Made by a program: the position numbers and the translations under genes | Shown here: positions 46,194-57,044 of the stretch, in pieces | How positions within the stretch are numbered: position 1 is the stretch's first letter | Layout of the letters: each line of letters opens with the position of its first letter | Assembly (NCBI GenBank): GCA_003056145.1 | Contig: LSNL01000003.1 | Coordinates: forward strand, 201,993 to 265,992 | DNA length: 64,000 bases | From: Parcubacteria group bacterium M10-OD1-1 | Lineage (GTDB): Bacteria; Patescibacteriota; Minisyncoccia; Moranbacterales; UBA2206 | Direction of reading: 5' to 3' | The notes under the pieces: generated by a model | Told to the model about the DNA's origin: nothing | The model's input: the letters and a program-made list of their open reading frames with translations, nothing else | Database searches by the model: none

Positions 46194-47212
46194 AATCAAA
46201 ATTAGCGTATATTGATCATTCATTTCATAAAAAAACAAAATCAACTTATTTCTTAAGGGATATTTTAAAAAAGGAATTTGAAATAATTAATATTTGGGAT
46301 GAATCATGGAAAAGTGGAAAAAAAATAAATATAGCTAACATTAATTCCCAAAATTTTGAATATGTTTTATTTTTTCAATCGCTACCATCTATAAAAGAGC
46401 TCCAAGAGATCAAAAGTAAGATAATTTGGGTTCCTATGTATGACGGGATTGTTGGTAGTAGTTGGAGTTTTTGGAAAGAGCTGTCGTCATTACAAATTAA
46501 AATAATTTCTTTTAGTGAAACATTGACGAATAAATTGAAGAATTTTAAGATGGATGTTTTGAACGTACGGTATTTTTTTAATCCAAAGGAATTCAATGAA
46601 GCGAAAAAAAGCCAAAAGAGAAGAATTCTTTTTTGGCAACGTACAACATTTTCTTTTAATGATGTAAAAAAAATTATTGGGAATCAGCAGATTGATAGAT
46701 TTATTTTAAAATTAGATTCAGATCCTGGCTATGAACCTATAGAACCAACAATAAAAGATATAAAAAAATATAATATTAAGGTGATAAGAGGCACAATTCA
46801 AAAACAGGACTATTTAAATTTATTAGAAAATAGTAATATATTTATATCACCAAGAAAATTTGAGGGTATTGGCATGAGTTTTATCGAAGCTATGTCTATG
46901 GGAATGGCTGTGGTTGTGTTTGATAATCCTACTATGAACGAATATGTAAAGCATAATAATAATGGATATATTATAAATTCAAAACGGATAAAAAAAATTA
47001 ATTTTGATAATTTTGCAGATATGGGTAAAAATGCAAGAGAATATTGTAATTACGGATTTAAAAAATGGAGAAAAGATAAACTGGCAATAATTGAATTTTT
47101 ACATTCAGAATACGAATCAGCTGTTGAATTAAATATGGCTACAAAGTATTGTATCAAATTGTTTAAAATAATTTATAAGTTTGCTCTAAAAGTAAGGTCT
47201 TACTATAAATAG
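46190..47212 (+). CDS. GT4-like glycosyltransferase
   Basis: PRKFEGIGMSFIEAMSMG, MNEYV..NNNGY. Confidence 0.85.
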   Translation: MKSKLAYIDHSFHKKTKSTYFLRDILKKEFEIINIWDESWKSGKKINIANINSQNFEYVLFFQSLPSIKELQEIKSKIIWVPMYDGIVGSSWSFWKELSSLQIKIISFSETLTNKLKNFKMDVLNVRYFFNPKEFNEAKKSQKRRILFWQRTTFSFNDVKKIIGNQQIDRFILKLDSDPGYEPIEPTIKDIKKYNIKVIRGTIQKQDYLNLLENSNIFISPRKFEGIGMSFIEAMSMGMAVVVFDNPTMNEYVKHNNNGYIINSKRIKKINFDNFADMGKNAREYCNYGFKKWRKDKLAIIEFLHSEYESAVELNMATKYCIKLFKIIYKFALKVRSYYK

Positions 47213-47223
47213 TCATAATATAC

Positions 47224-49413
47224 ATGAATTTAATCAGTATTTTTTTTATTTTTTTACTTCCAGCAAACGTAATCTTGCTTTTGTTGTTTAATTTTAACAA
47301 ATATTTTAAGTTAAAATATTATATTCAATTTATTTTTTCTTATGGAGTGGCTCCTTTGTCTAGTGCGTTAATTTTTCGTTATCTAATACTATTATTTCCA
47401 GAGAAAAGTAGCTTGTTTTATACCCTAATAATTGGTTCTTTTTGGATAATTTTATTGATCTTGTTTTTCAAAAATGTAAATAAATTAAAGATAGCTTATA
47501 GAAAGTTATATTTTTTTACAAAAAGGATTATTTCTTTTAGAAATTTTTTGATTTATTTTCCAATTATTTTTATGCTAATCATTTTTACTTTTCAAGCACT
47601 GGTTTACCCTATTGTTGATGGAGATGGAGCACGGTATATAAATCAAAGTAAAGCTATTTATACTTATAAAAATATTCAATGGGAAAAAAGAGCGGCGGTA
47701 ATTATTGCTAGTAATAATGAATACAGGTTTAATCCAATGATTAGGCCAGCTATTCCATATTTCGTAGCTTTAACTTTTATGATTGATGGAAATAGTAGAA
47801 GTTACTTTATGTATAAATTTTTAGCTTATTATTATTACTTATTACTTTATTTAATTTTTATAGTTTTGGTTTATACATTAGCAGACAAACTCAAAAAAAA
47901 TAAGAAACTTGCTATTTTTTTTGGAATGTTATTTTTTACTTTTTCTTGGGCATTGACTAGAACAATGATTTTTAGTAGTAAAGAATCAATTATTTATTTT
48001 TTTACTTTACTGGGAATTTATTTTGTATATCAACTTATTAACCATAAAAAAAGAAATGCTTATCTAGAAATTTTACTAGGTATTATTCTAGGGATTAACT
48101 CTTTTGTTAACCTCCATGGTATTATAATTGGATTGATTCTACTTTTTTTACTTCTAATATTTTCTAGCCTCAGCTTCTGGGAAAGGTTAAAACAATCTCT
48201 CGTTGTTTTTTCTCTGTATCTATTTTTTGGAGCATTTGAATTTATACTTAATTTTAAAGGTGTGTTTCCTTTTGTCTCAGCTAAAATTAGCAACTTTATT
48301 CTGAAAATATTTCCAGTCAAAGAATTAAAACAATCTTATGAAGATAATCTAGCCAGTATAAAAATAGACAGCCTTTTCTCAAAAGGAAGAGAAGGTGTTA
48401 GGCATATTATTTCAAGTAATAAAGAAATAAAGACTATTAAGGAAAGTAATCTTGGCTTATACCAAGTGAATAATGGTTGGGGTATATATCTTAAAGGAAA
48501 ATTGCAAATATTGACCAAGATAGGTGTTTTTGGTTTTTACTTTTGGTTTTTTTTAATAATAGTTGTAAATAATTTTAAAAAAATAGTATTTAGTCGGGTA
48601 GGAAAATTAATTGTAGCCTTTATAATTGTTTATTTTTTCTTATTTATGGACCCGTTTAATATAGATAAAAGTCCATTAGCTATTGTTTTATGGGGGAGTA
48701 CTAAATATGCAGAACTAGTTCTATTAATGAGTTTAGTTATTGTATCTGTGTATTTCTATGATTTTGCAAAAGGAATTTTTAGTTATTTAAATAAATATAA
48801 ATATAAAATGTTAATCTCATTAAGCTTTATAGTATTGATTCTGATTATTTTTAAAAATTTAATTAATGAAGTAGCTTTAAAAATGTTATTTGTAACAATT
48901 CCAATCTATAAGAATATTTTATTTTATAAAGATAAAATTTCTTTTTTCTATTTTTCCATGTTTCTATTTTTAATAGTAATAATATTATCATTGATAGTAA
49001 ATTCATTTAAGAAAAAGCAAATAGCATTTTATATATTCTTAACTACCTGTATTTTATTTTTCATAGGAGTACCATTTTTTATTACAAATATTGGTAAGGT
49101 TCCATTAGATAAAACTATCAGTGACTTATTTTTAGATCGTAAATTAAAATTAGAGGCAACAGTTAATAATAATGCTATATATGATGTATATTTTTATGCT
49201 AAAAAAATATTGCCAAAAAATACAATAATAACGACAAATTTTTCGGAATTATATATATATAATGATTACTTTAAATTAACAAAAACAAGGTATGTTGGGG
49301 TGGATTATCTAATAACAAAATCAGATTGTAGCGATAAATGGAGTAATATTTATTCCAATCAAGATGTAAATTTGTGCAAGAAAGTTAATGGAATAGACTT
49401 CTTTTCTGATTGA
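47224..49413 (+). CDS. Large polytopic membrane protein, GT-C-like
   Basis: Many TM helices, YPIVDGDGARY acidic loop motif. Confidence 0.6.
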   Translation: MNLISIFFIFLLPANVILLLLFNFNKYFKLKYYIQFIFSYGVAPLSSALIFRYLILLFPEKSSLFYTLIIGSFWIILLILFFKNVNKLKIAYRKLYFFTKRIISFRNFLIYFPIIFMLIIFTFQALVYPIVDGDGARYINQSKAIYTYKNIQWEKRAAVIIASNNEYRFNPMIRPAIPYFVALTFMIDGNSRSYFMYKFLAYYYYLLLYLIFIVLVYTLADKLKKNKKLAIFFGMLFFTFSWALTRTMIFSSKESIIYFFTLLGIYFVYQLINHKKRNAYLEILLGIILGINSFVNLHGIIIGLILLFLLLIFSSLSFWERLKQSLVVFSLYLFFGAFEFILNFKGVFPFVSAKISNFILKIFPVKELKQSYEDNLASIKIDSLFSKGREGVRHIISSNKEIKTIKESNLGLYQVNNGWGIYLKGKLQILTKIGVFGFYFWFFLIIVVNNFKKIVFSRVGKLIVAFIIVYFFLFMDPFNIDKSPLAIVLWGSTKYAELVLLMSLVIVSVYFYDFAKGIFSYLNKYKYKMLISLSFIVLILIIFKNLINEVALKMLFVTIPIYKNILFYKDKISFFYFSMFLFLIVIILSLIVNSFKKKQIAFYIFLTTCILFFIGVPFFITNIGKVPLDKTISDLFLDRKLKLEATVNNNAIYDVYFYAKKILPKNTIITTNFSELYIYNDYFKLTKTRYVGVDYLITKSDCSDKWSNIYSNQDVNLCKKVNGIDFFSD

Positions 49414-50143
49414 GTATATATAGAAAAATTAAAAATTTTAAAATGAAGTAATTCTTTATGTATGTATTATATATGTCAATATGCTCGTTGTTGTATTTTC
49501 CAATTGAGCTTTGTGAATTTTTTCTAACTGAAAAGTTGCAAATTACTAAATCAATAAAAAGTGCGTTAATCTTTTTGCTAGTGAGCCTAATCCAAAGCTC
49601 ATAATCCATTGAATTTTTATATTTTTGATTAAACAAACCATATTTTTCGAATACAGATTTTTTTAAGAAAACGGTTTGATGAGGGATATAGTTGGTTAGG
49701 AGTAACAGCCAAAAATAAGTTTTTTGATAGATTTTGCGATGGGGTATTATCCGAAAGTTTTTTGTGTTGATATTTATGAATTTGGCTTTGCCATAAATCC
49801 AATCGGGATTATTTTTTTTTGTGATAAAATTAGATACATTCTCCAGCACGTTATTATCAAAGAAACTATCATCTGAATGAAGATGGATAATATATTTTCC
49901 TAAAGACTTATTAATACCTTTGTTCATTGCATTACCAATGCCTTTAGCTGGAAACTGAAAAAACTTTACTTTATCTGGAAATTCTTGGCGATATTTTTTA
50001 ATCATTTTAACTGTGCCGTCAGTTGAAAATCCGTCAATAAAGACATGCTCAAAATCACGAAAAGTCTGATTCTTGACCGAGTTGATATTTTGTTGTAAGT
50101 ATTCTTCGCTGTTATATGTGCAGGTGATGATAGAAAATTTCAT
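49385..50143 (-). CDS. GT2 glycosyltransferase (WcaE-like)
   Basis: FSIITCTYN, IDGFSTDGT, AMNKG, LHSDD, MDYELW. Confidence 0.9.
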   Translation of the reverse strand: MKFSIITCTYNSEEYLQQNINSVKNQTFRDFEHVFIDGFSTDGTVKMIKKYRQEFPDKVKFFQFPAKGIGNAMNKGINKSLGKYIIHLHSDDSFFDNNVLENVSNFITKKNNPDWIYGKAKFININTKNFRIIPHRKIYQKTYFWLLLLTNYIPHQTVFLKKSVFEKYGLFNQKYKNSMDYELWIRLTSKKINALFIDLVICNFSVRKNSQSSIGKYNNEHIDIYNTYIKNYFILKFLIFLYILNQKRSLFH

Positions 50144-51273
50144 AAAAATATAATACTTATCTTGTTAATCATATTTGGAATGTCTGTTTTTTTGAGAATT
50201 TCTTTGGAATTATTTCTAATATAAAGTTTATTTTCAAAAACTTTTCCAATGGCTAAAGTAATTTCTTTTGGGTTATTTGGTTTTATTATGTATCCATTTT
50301 TTCCTTCTTCAACTAAATCAGCACCAGCGCCTGCAACTATAGTGGTTATGACTGGCAAACCGCAGGCTAGAGCTTCATTGATAACTAAACCCCAAACTTC
50401 TTCGCGTGAGGGCGTTATTAATAAATCTGAAATTGAATAGTATTTATAAAGTTCATCGTACTGAATAAAATCAGTAAAAAAAACATTTTGGATATTCTGT
50501 TCTTTAATTATTTCTTTAATTCTTTCTTTTTCTTGCCCTTTGCCAAGAATAAGTAGGGAGATATCAGCGTTTGTTTTTTGATAACCCTGAAATCCTTCCA
50601 AGAGCTCAAAAATTCCTTTTCTCTCAATAATTTGTCCGCTAAATAAGATTATCTTAGAAGTTTTAATTTTTAGTTTCTGTTTGAGGAGTCTCTTTTTTTC
50701 TTCGGAAAAATTTTCCGATTTATTTTTGAAATAATCAATGTTAACTGCATTGTAGAATATTTGAATTTTTTTTGGATTAGCACCGAGAGAAATTAAATAT
50801 TCTTTAGCTCGAGTTCCATAGGCAATAAAATTATTTGAATTTCGAATAATGTATTTAACTAAAGGATTGAAAACTGTTCTACGCCAACTTTTTTCGAATT
50901 TTGTGCTACCAGACCAAAGAGTAAAAACTTTTTTATTTTTTTTACACCAGTAAGCGGCTATATAAGCAGCCCAATTATCCCAGCCGAAAGAAATAATGCG
51001 ATCAGGATTTTCTTGTTGGATTTTTTTATAAATGCCAGGGTTGATAAAAAAAGTATTAAGATCTTTTCCAGCGATTCTAATAGAAAAATTATCTAATATT
51101 TCATAGCTAAAATTCATTTTATAATTAATTTTCCAGTTACGATTTTTATCACTGACACTTAAAAAAATAACTTTAAATTTAATCTCTTTTTTCTTGTAGT
51201 ATTTATCTAATTCGTTAAATAGAAAGATTCTAATTGGGCTTATAATATTATGTAAAACTATTATTTTTTTCAT
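50140..51273 (-). CDS. GT4 glycosyltransferase
   Basis: IERKG, EVWGLVINEALACGLPV. Confidence 0.9.
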   Translation of the reverse strand: MKKIIVLHNIISPIRIFLFNELDKYYKKKEIKFKVIFLSVSDKNRNWKINYKMNFSYEILDNFSIRIAGKDLNTFFINPGIYKKIQQENPDRIISFGWDNWAAYIAAYWCKKNKKVFTLWSGSTKFEKSWRRTVFNPLVKYIIRNSNNFIAYGTRAKEYLISLGANPKKIQIFYNAVNIDYFKNKSENFSEEKKRLLKQKLKIKTSKIILFSGQIIERKGIFELLEGFQGYQKTNADISLLILGKGQEKERIKEIIKEQNIQNVFFTDFIQYDELYKYYSISDLLITPSREEVWGLVINEALACGLPVITTIVAGAGADLVEEGKNGYIIKPNNPKEITLAIGKVFENKLYIRNNSKEILKKTDIPNMINKISIIFL

Positions 51274-51277
51274 ATAG

Positions 51278-52444
51278 CTATAGTTTATAGATATTTTCAA
51301 CTTTTTTGAGTGTAATTTTTAAATCAAAATAATTTCTAACTACATTATTCGCATTTCTTGAAAATTTTTGATGCAAAACCGGATCGTTTAATAGCGATAA
51401 TATTTTTTCTGTTATTTTATTTTCTTCGGTTAGATTAAATTCAAAACCGCCGCCATATTTTTCAATTTCTGGCACATGGCATTCTCGAGAAATAATTTGG
51501 GGCACTCCTAAAGCAGCAATTTCCAAAACAGTCATTGGAAGACCTTCATTTCTGGAAGTAAAAAGAAAAAGGTCGCAAGATTTTATTGTCTCGAGCTTTT
51601 CTTTTCCTTCTAATATTCCAGTAAAAAGAACATTTTTTTTCAATTTCAGTTTTTCAATTTTATCTTCTAGTTTTGTTTTTTCGCCTTCATCCGGACCGAT
51701 GATTAAATATGTAAGACTTATTTCATTTTTTAATTTAGCAAGAATCTCAAGTGCTATATCTATTCCTTTGATATATTGAATCCGGCCAATATAGCCAATA
51801 ATTTTATTCTCTTTTGGGAGGTTATATTTTTCATGTAAATCAATTTTTCCTATATTTTTAAATTCTTCTAGTTTTATTCCATTAGGAATAATTGCTATTT
51901 TGTTTTCTAATTTATTGTCAATGGAAATTATTTCAGTTTTTTCGTTTTCAGTGAGAGCTATAATATTTTTTGAATTTTGCAAAACATCTAGGAATAATTT
52001 TAAAAATATTTTTTTAATTGTTTTAAATCTTGCTTTTTGGCGGACGGGAGAGAGGGTACCATGGGGTTGCACAATAAATGGAACTTTATATTTTTTGCAA
52101 AAGTGTGAGACAACGATATTTTGCAGAGTGAAAAAATCATGACAATGGATCGCATCAAAATTTTTAATATTGTTTTTTGCCCAACTATAAAAACCAATCG
52201 GCAAATACCCATTATAATTTTTTGCCAGCCAATTGCTGACATTCTTAAAACGGATTACCTTTATGCCATTTATTTCTTCTTTCAGCGTTGCTATTCTATT
52301 CTTACTGTCTAGCGTATCAGTGGTCGTTACTGTTATGTCGTGTCCACGTTTGGTTAATTCCTGAGAAATGTCTAAGCAAACCTTGATTGGTCCACCATAG
52401 CTGTAGGCTGGGACGAAATAGGGTATGACTTGGAGAATTTTCAT
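51278..52444 (-). CDS. GT4 glycosyltransferase
   Basis: YGGP, PHG, GRIQYIKG, SRNEGLPMTVLE. Confidence 0.9.
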   Translation of the reverse strand: MKILQVIPYFVPAYSYGGPIKVCLDISQELTKRGHDITVTTTDTLDSKNRIATLKEEINGIKVIRFKNVSNWLAKNYNGYLPIGFYSWAKNNIKNFDAIHCHDFFTLQNIVVSHFCKKYKVPFIVQPHGTLSPVRQKARFKTIKKIFLKLFLDVLQNSKNIIALTENEKTEIISIDNKLENKIAIIPNGIKLEEFKNIGKIDLHEKYNLPKENKIIGYIGRIQYIKGIDIALEILAKLKNEISLTYLIIGPDEGEKTKLEDKIEKLKLKKNVLFTGILEGKEKLETIKSCDLFLFTSRNEGLPMTVLEIAALGVPQIISRECHVPEIEKYGGGFEFNLTEENKITEKILSLLNDPVLHQKFSRNANNVVRNYFDLKITLKKVENIYKL

Positions 52445-53931
52445 TTTAATTTTATAAACGAGTATTCTTCTCGAGAGGAAGATATGGAGAATATTTTATA
52501 GCCCGCTTTGTTTAATTTTTTTATAGCTCTTTTTGTTCTCTGAGGAGAAATCTGAGAAAATCTGTGGTGAAACTCTACGAGTATTTGATCTATTTCCAAG
52601 TTACTTTTTAATATATCATTTATGACATCATATTCTGAGCCTTCAATGTCCATTTTTAATATGGAAATTCTATTGTGTCCTAAATTGTGCATAATAGTTT
52701 TAAGTTTTGCGATTTTTGCTTTGATAGAATTCTGCGAATCCTTTTGAAAGATACTATGGGAAATATGATTTGGATTTATTGGTGGGAAAAGTTGAATAAA
52801 CCCATCCGTTGCTCCTATTCCATATTTAAAGTATGAAAATTTTTTTGGTAGAGTTTGTTTTTTTAGCCAGGTTATTGATTTTGGCGTAGGATCAAAAGCG
52901 AAAACATTGCAATTAAACTTTCTAATTATATCTAAATCAAAAGAAACATCCTCTCCTACGCCAAAAGAATATATAATACTATTTTTGTTAATCTTATCTG
53001 GACAAATAAACCAACCGCCATACTTTTGAGACCCAAGATATTTTTTATTTATATTTCTGCTTTGGATAGGAAAATAAATTTCATTGCCTGTAATGGTTTT
53101 TATTAAAAACATAAATTTTCTATATAGTAATCTTAGCATAGTCTCTATTTTTGAATAAATTTTATTAAACATATTTAAAATTTTATAAATCCCAGTTATT
53201 TTATAATAGTTAATTTGATGTAAAAAAATTGATAGGGGATAGGCGGTGCCATATTTTTTGGCTAATCGGAGTTCATCTTGAAATTGTTTTTTATTCACGC
53301 TACCAGATTTTGAATTAATGTAGTAGCGGAAATTTGCTAGATAACTATTAATTATTCCGGCTGGATATTTTTGCCCTATTCTGAGCCAAAATTCATAGTC
53401 CATGCAGAAATTTTCTGTTGTATTAAAATTACCAATTTCATTAAGTATTTCTTTTTTCCAAAAGGTAGCTGGTTGAGAAATGAAATTCTCGGTCAGTAAT
53501 TTTTTGTAGGAATAATTTTTAAGCAATAAATTTTTATACCAAGTAATTGGTTTACGAATTTCTTGATCTTTTTCATTGATAATTTTACATTTTCCATAAA
53601 CCCATTTTTTAGTTAGATTTTTTTGAAAAAAATCAGTAACTTTTCTAAGTGTTTCTGATTCATAAGTATCATCTGAATTAAGATAGGCGATAATATCTCC
53701 AGTTGCAATCTTAAATCCTTTGTTAATAGCATCTGATTGCCCGTTATCTTTTTCAGATTTCCAAATTATTTTGTCGGAATATTTTTTTAAAATTTCAATT
53801 GTGCCATCAGTTGACCCACCGTCTATAACAATATATTCCAAATTGGGATGGTTCTGACTAAGAACACTTAAGATTGTTCGTTCAATAAATTTTGCTTGAT
53901 TGTATGACGGAGTAATAATAGAAATCTTCAT
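52441..53931 (-). CDS. GT2 glycosyltransferase fused to FkbM-like methyltransferase
   Basis: N half: SIITPSYNQ, DGGSTDG, YLNSDD. C half: YGGW, IYSFGVGEDVSFD, LKMDIEGSEY, QILVEFH. Confidence 0.85.
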   Translation of the reverse strand: MKISIITPSYNQAKFIERTILSVLSQNHPNLEYIVIDGGSTDGTIEILKKYSDKIIWKSEKDNGQSDAINKGFKIATGDIIAYLNSDDTYESETLRKVTDFFQKNLTKKWVYGKCKIINEKDQEIRKPITWYKNLLLKNYSYKKLLTENFISQPATFWKKEILNEIGNFNTTENFCMDYEFWLRIGQKYPAGIINSYLANFRYYINSKSGSVNKKQFQDELRLAKKYGTAYPLSIFLHQINYYKITGIYKILNMFNKIYSKIETMLRLLYRKFMFLIKTITGNEIYFPIQSRNINKKYLGSQKYGGWFICPDKINKNSIIYSFGVGEDVSFDLDIIRKFNCNVFAFDPTPKSITWLKKQTLPKKFSYFKYGIGATDGFIQLFPPINPNHISHSIFQKDSQNSIKAKIAKLKTIMHNLGHNRISILKMDIEGSEYDVINDILKSNLEIDQILVEFHHRFSQISPQRTKRAIKKLNKAGYKIFSISSSREEYSFIKLK

Positions 53932-54275
53932 TTCTTATTGCTTATTTCTTTTAGAGAATCTTTGCGAGTAAGCTCAGAAATATTTTGTTCCAATTTTTCA
54001 ATAGCGGATAAGAGTTTAAAAATCATGAGGAAGATAAGAATGAACCCAGTTAAAATTACAGCGTTAATATTTCCTTCAATGCCAATGATGTGAGCGAGAA
54101 AAACAGTAAATTTTGGAAAAACAGCTATAAGTGCCATACTTCCCCAAACTGCAATTCGTACAGAGAGCTTTAAAAAGGTTTGTCCTTTCTTTCTTTGAAT
54201 GTATTTTTTAATGCCTTGGTAGATCATTGCAAAGGCAATTAAACTAACGAGAATTTGGTAAAGGTGAAAAGTCAT
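53928..54275 (-). CDS. DUF2304-like small membrane protein
   Basis: 3 TM helices and C-terminal IEKLEQNISELTR. Lies just after a DPM1-like GT2. Confidence 0.75.
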   Translation of the reverse strand: MTFHLYQILVSLIAFAMIYQGIKKYIQRKKGQTFLKLSVRIAVWGSMALIAVFPKFTVFLAHIIGIEGNINAVILTGFILIFLMIFKLLSAIEKLEQNISELTRKDSLKEISNKK

Positions 54276-54457
54276 ATTTCAATAAAAAGTATTTTATTTA
54301 GCACTTGTTTAATTGTAGCAAAATCAAAAGGAAAGAGCAAAATGTTGAAAAAGTTAAAGGATAATTTAAAAAACTCTCTGAAAATAGATTGAAAATATTA
54401 TTCAAATACTAAAATCAAAGTAAAATTAGGAGTAGCTAGTAAAGTAGTTTGAGGTTA

Positions 54458-55147
54458 TTAACTAATTAAATTCCAAATCATTTTATAAACAGTCTGAACT
54501 CCATTAAAAAATCCTTGTTTTTGAATTTTTCCCATTGAGTATTTTGTGTAGCGGACTTGAATAGGTATTTCTTTGTATCTTAGCTTATATTTATACACCT
54601 CGTGGATTACTTCACTGTCATATTCATAACGGTCTCCTAATGTATTGATAAGGGTAAAAGCTTTTTTGGAATAAGCACGAAAACCAGATTGACTATCTGT
54701 TACCCAAAGACCATATAAATACCAAGTGATTAAATTTCCTATTTTATTGTGAAGAATTTTATACCAAGGCATTCCTTTGGGATTTATTAAGCGAGAGCCT
54801 AAAACAACATCACACTTGTTTTCAATGAGTGGTTTAATTAATTTAATGATGTCTTGGGGATTATGCTGTCCATCGGCATCCATAGTTACAATAATGTCTG
54901 CACTGAGTAATTTAGATGCTTCAATTCCAGTTTTAGTAGTCGCTCCTTTTCCACGATTAATTTTATGACGAAAAACTAAAACACCAGTTTTTTTGGCTAC
55001 TTTAAAAGTTTGGTCTGAACTGCCATCGTCAACTAGGATTATATTTTGATAGCCAACTTTCTGAATTTCTGTAATAACTTCTGTAATAACTTTTTCTTCG
55101 TTATAGGCAGGAAGGATAATATAGATTTTTTTATTCTGTTTTTCCAT
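54458..55147 (-). CDS. GT2, DPM1-like polyprenol-phosphate sugar synthase
   Basis: PAYNEE, DDGSSD, NRGKG, DADGQH, TDSQSGFRAY. Confidence 0.9.
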   Translation of the reverse strand: MEKQNKKIYIILPAYNEEKVITEVITEIQKVGYQNIILVDDGSSDQTFKVAKKTGVLVFRHKINRGKGATTKTGIEASKLLSADIIVTMDADGQHNPQDIIKLIKPLIENKCDVVLGSRLINPKGMPWYKILHNKIGNLITWYLYGLWVTDSQSGFRAYSKKAFTLINTLGDRYEYDSEVIHEVYKYKLRYKEIPIQVRYTKYSMGKIQKQGFFNGVQTVYKMIWNLIS

Positions 55148-55157
55148 AATTTATTTA

Positions 55158-56879
55158 TTATTTGAAGGCTTTTTTCCAAGTATAGACTTCGGAAATTTTT
55201 TGCATTTGATTGGTTATTTCTTTCTGTGATCTTTTCTGCCGAAGGGCTTTAGCTACATTTTTTTTAGGTTTCCAATAATCAACAGTCAAAGAACCAAATA
55301 CTTTTCTAGCTTGAAGTCTAAAATGTTTGCCAGGCTTTTTCTTCTTAATAGATTGATAAATCATAAAATAGTTACCTTTTTGATAAATAAGTTGACTGTT
55401 TATGGGTGCGTAATAATCAATGCCTCGTTTTCTTAAATGATACCAAAAAGCAGGAGCATATTCATGGAGAGTTTTTAAATAAACTGGATAATGATTTTTT
55501 TCGTATTTGGACTGAATATAATCAACAATTTCTAATTGTTGCTTGAGGGTTAAACGATTAGTATTGGGAAAAACATCTTCAGTTTCTAATTTCATTGGTT
55601 GAGTTTGAGCACGAGAGTAGTTTTTAAAAATTTTAGAAAGCTCTGTTAAATTTAAAAGGACTAGTGTTAAAGAAATTAAAATAATAATAACAAGCTGGCG
55701 ACGGTCTTTTTTGGGATAAATACTTTCAAATACTAAGCCAAGGAGAATGAAGGCTAAAGGAGTATTAAGTAGAAAAAAGCGAGGATAAAATCGGTAACCG
55801 CTATGCAAAAGAGCGAGATAATAGAAAAAAGAGAAACCAAGCCAGATGGAAATTAGCTGAAGAAATGATTTTTTATTTTCATTTTTTTCAAAATAAGTCT
55901 TTCTAAAAAGAAGGTAAATTGCTAAAAAGAAGATTAGAATACTTAGAATTTGGAGAATTCTTCCATTGATTAATAAATCTTTTAAATGATTTATTTGATT
56001 TCTAGCTTGGGCTTTTCCATTAATTTCATCTTGACCAGTCAGAACAAGTAAGCTTTCTAAAGCATTGAAACGAATATCACGAACCAAGATTTTTCCTAAA
56101 TGTTTATTTACTCTTGTTGTTCGAGTAAATTTTTTTTCAAAAAACTTAAGGTTTTCTCCATTGGTTTTTAGGTCATTAACAATCATGGGAGAATAAATAA
56201 TCAAGAAAATAGCGATAGCTCCAAGCCAAGTTTTAATCTTGAATTTTGGTTTTTTTAAAATAAGAAAAAATACTACAATTGGAGGAACTACAAAAAAAGC
56301 ATTAAAGTGAATTTGGGTAATTATAGCAATAGAAAGTACAGAAGCTAAAAACCACCAATCTCGTTTTTTTTCGTTTCGATTGATACTTTTTAACAAGAAG
56401 TAAAAGGAAAGGATGATAAAAAAAGGTAGGATATTGGGACTCCAAGAAAAACGAGAATAAAGCACTAGATAGGTAGAAGAAGAAAAAATAGTTAATAGTA
56501 GAAGCGAGATAGTAGTAGAAAAGTATTTTTTCAAAAATAAATAGAAAAGAGGAATAGCTAATAAAGAAGTGATAAGGATTAGCATTGCGTGTCCAGTAGG
56601 AGTATTGCCAAAAATCCTAGCACTTAAATATTCTAGATAATAAAAAGCTGGACCAAGACGCAAAGCACGTCCTCCGCCAGCTGTTGGTCCCAAGAGAGGA
56701 AGATTGGCGATGCCTTTTTCTATTCCTTGAGAAACTAGGATGGTGTCATAAGTTTGATCAATCTCAAAATGAAGCCAATCGGAAAAATGGTATGTTCTTA
56801 GGAAAAATCCTAGCGTAAAAATTAAAACTAGAAAAATTATTTTCCCTTGGGAAAGTTTTATTTTTTGAAAAATATTCAT
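55158..56879 (-). CDS. ArnT/PMT-family (GT-C) glycosyltransferase
   Basis: FLRTY, FEIDQ, PLLGP, LGPAFYY, SRFSWSPN, QIH. Confidence 0.8.
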   Translation of the reverse strand: MNIFQKIKLSQGKIIFLVLIFTLGFFLRTYHFSDWLHFEIDQTYDTILVSQGIEKGIANLPLLGPTAGGGRALRLGPAFYYLEYLSARIFGNTPTGHAMLILITSLLAIPLFYLFLKKYFSTTISLLLLTIFSSSTYLVLYSRFSWSPNILPFFIILSFYFLLKSINRNEKKRDWWFLASVLSIAIITQIHFNAFFVVPPIVVFFLILKKPKFKIKTWLGAIAIFLIIYSPMIVNDLKTNGENLKFFEKKFTRTTRVNKHLGKILVRDIRFNALESLLVLTGQDEINGKAQARNQINHLKDLLINGRILQILSILIFFLAIYLLFRKTYFEKNENKKSFLQLISIWLGFSFFYYLALLHSGYRFYPRFFLLNTPLAFILLGLVFESIYPKKDRRQLVIIILISLTLVLLNLTELSKIFKNYSRAQTQPMKLETEDVFPNTNRLTLKQQLEIVDYIQSKYEKNHYPVYLKTLHEYAPAFWYHLRKRGIDYYAPINSQLIYQKGNYFMIYQSIKKKKPGKHFRLQARKVFGSLTVDYWKPKKNVAKALRQKRSQKEITNQMQKISEVYTWKKAFK

Positions 56880-57044
56880 AATTTTATTTTAGCACAATTA
56901 GTAGGAAACAAAAAAAGAAAGGTAAATGTTTGTTAAGAGGGATAAAAAAATCAAAATTTAGAAAATGTGTTATAATAAAAATAATTAAAATAAAAAATTT
57001 CCACTCAGGCAAAATTTTTGCAGGAGTTAGGGAAGAAAAAAAAT

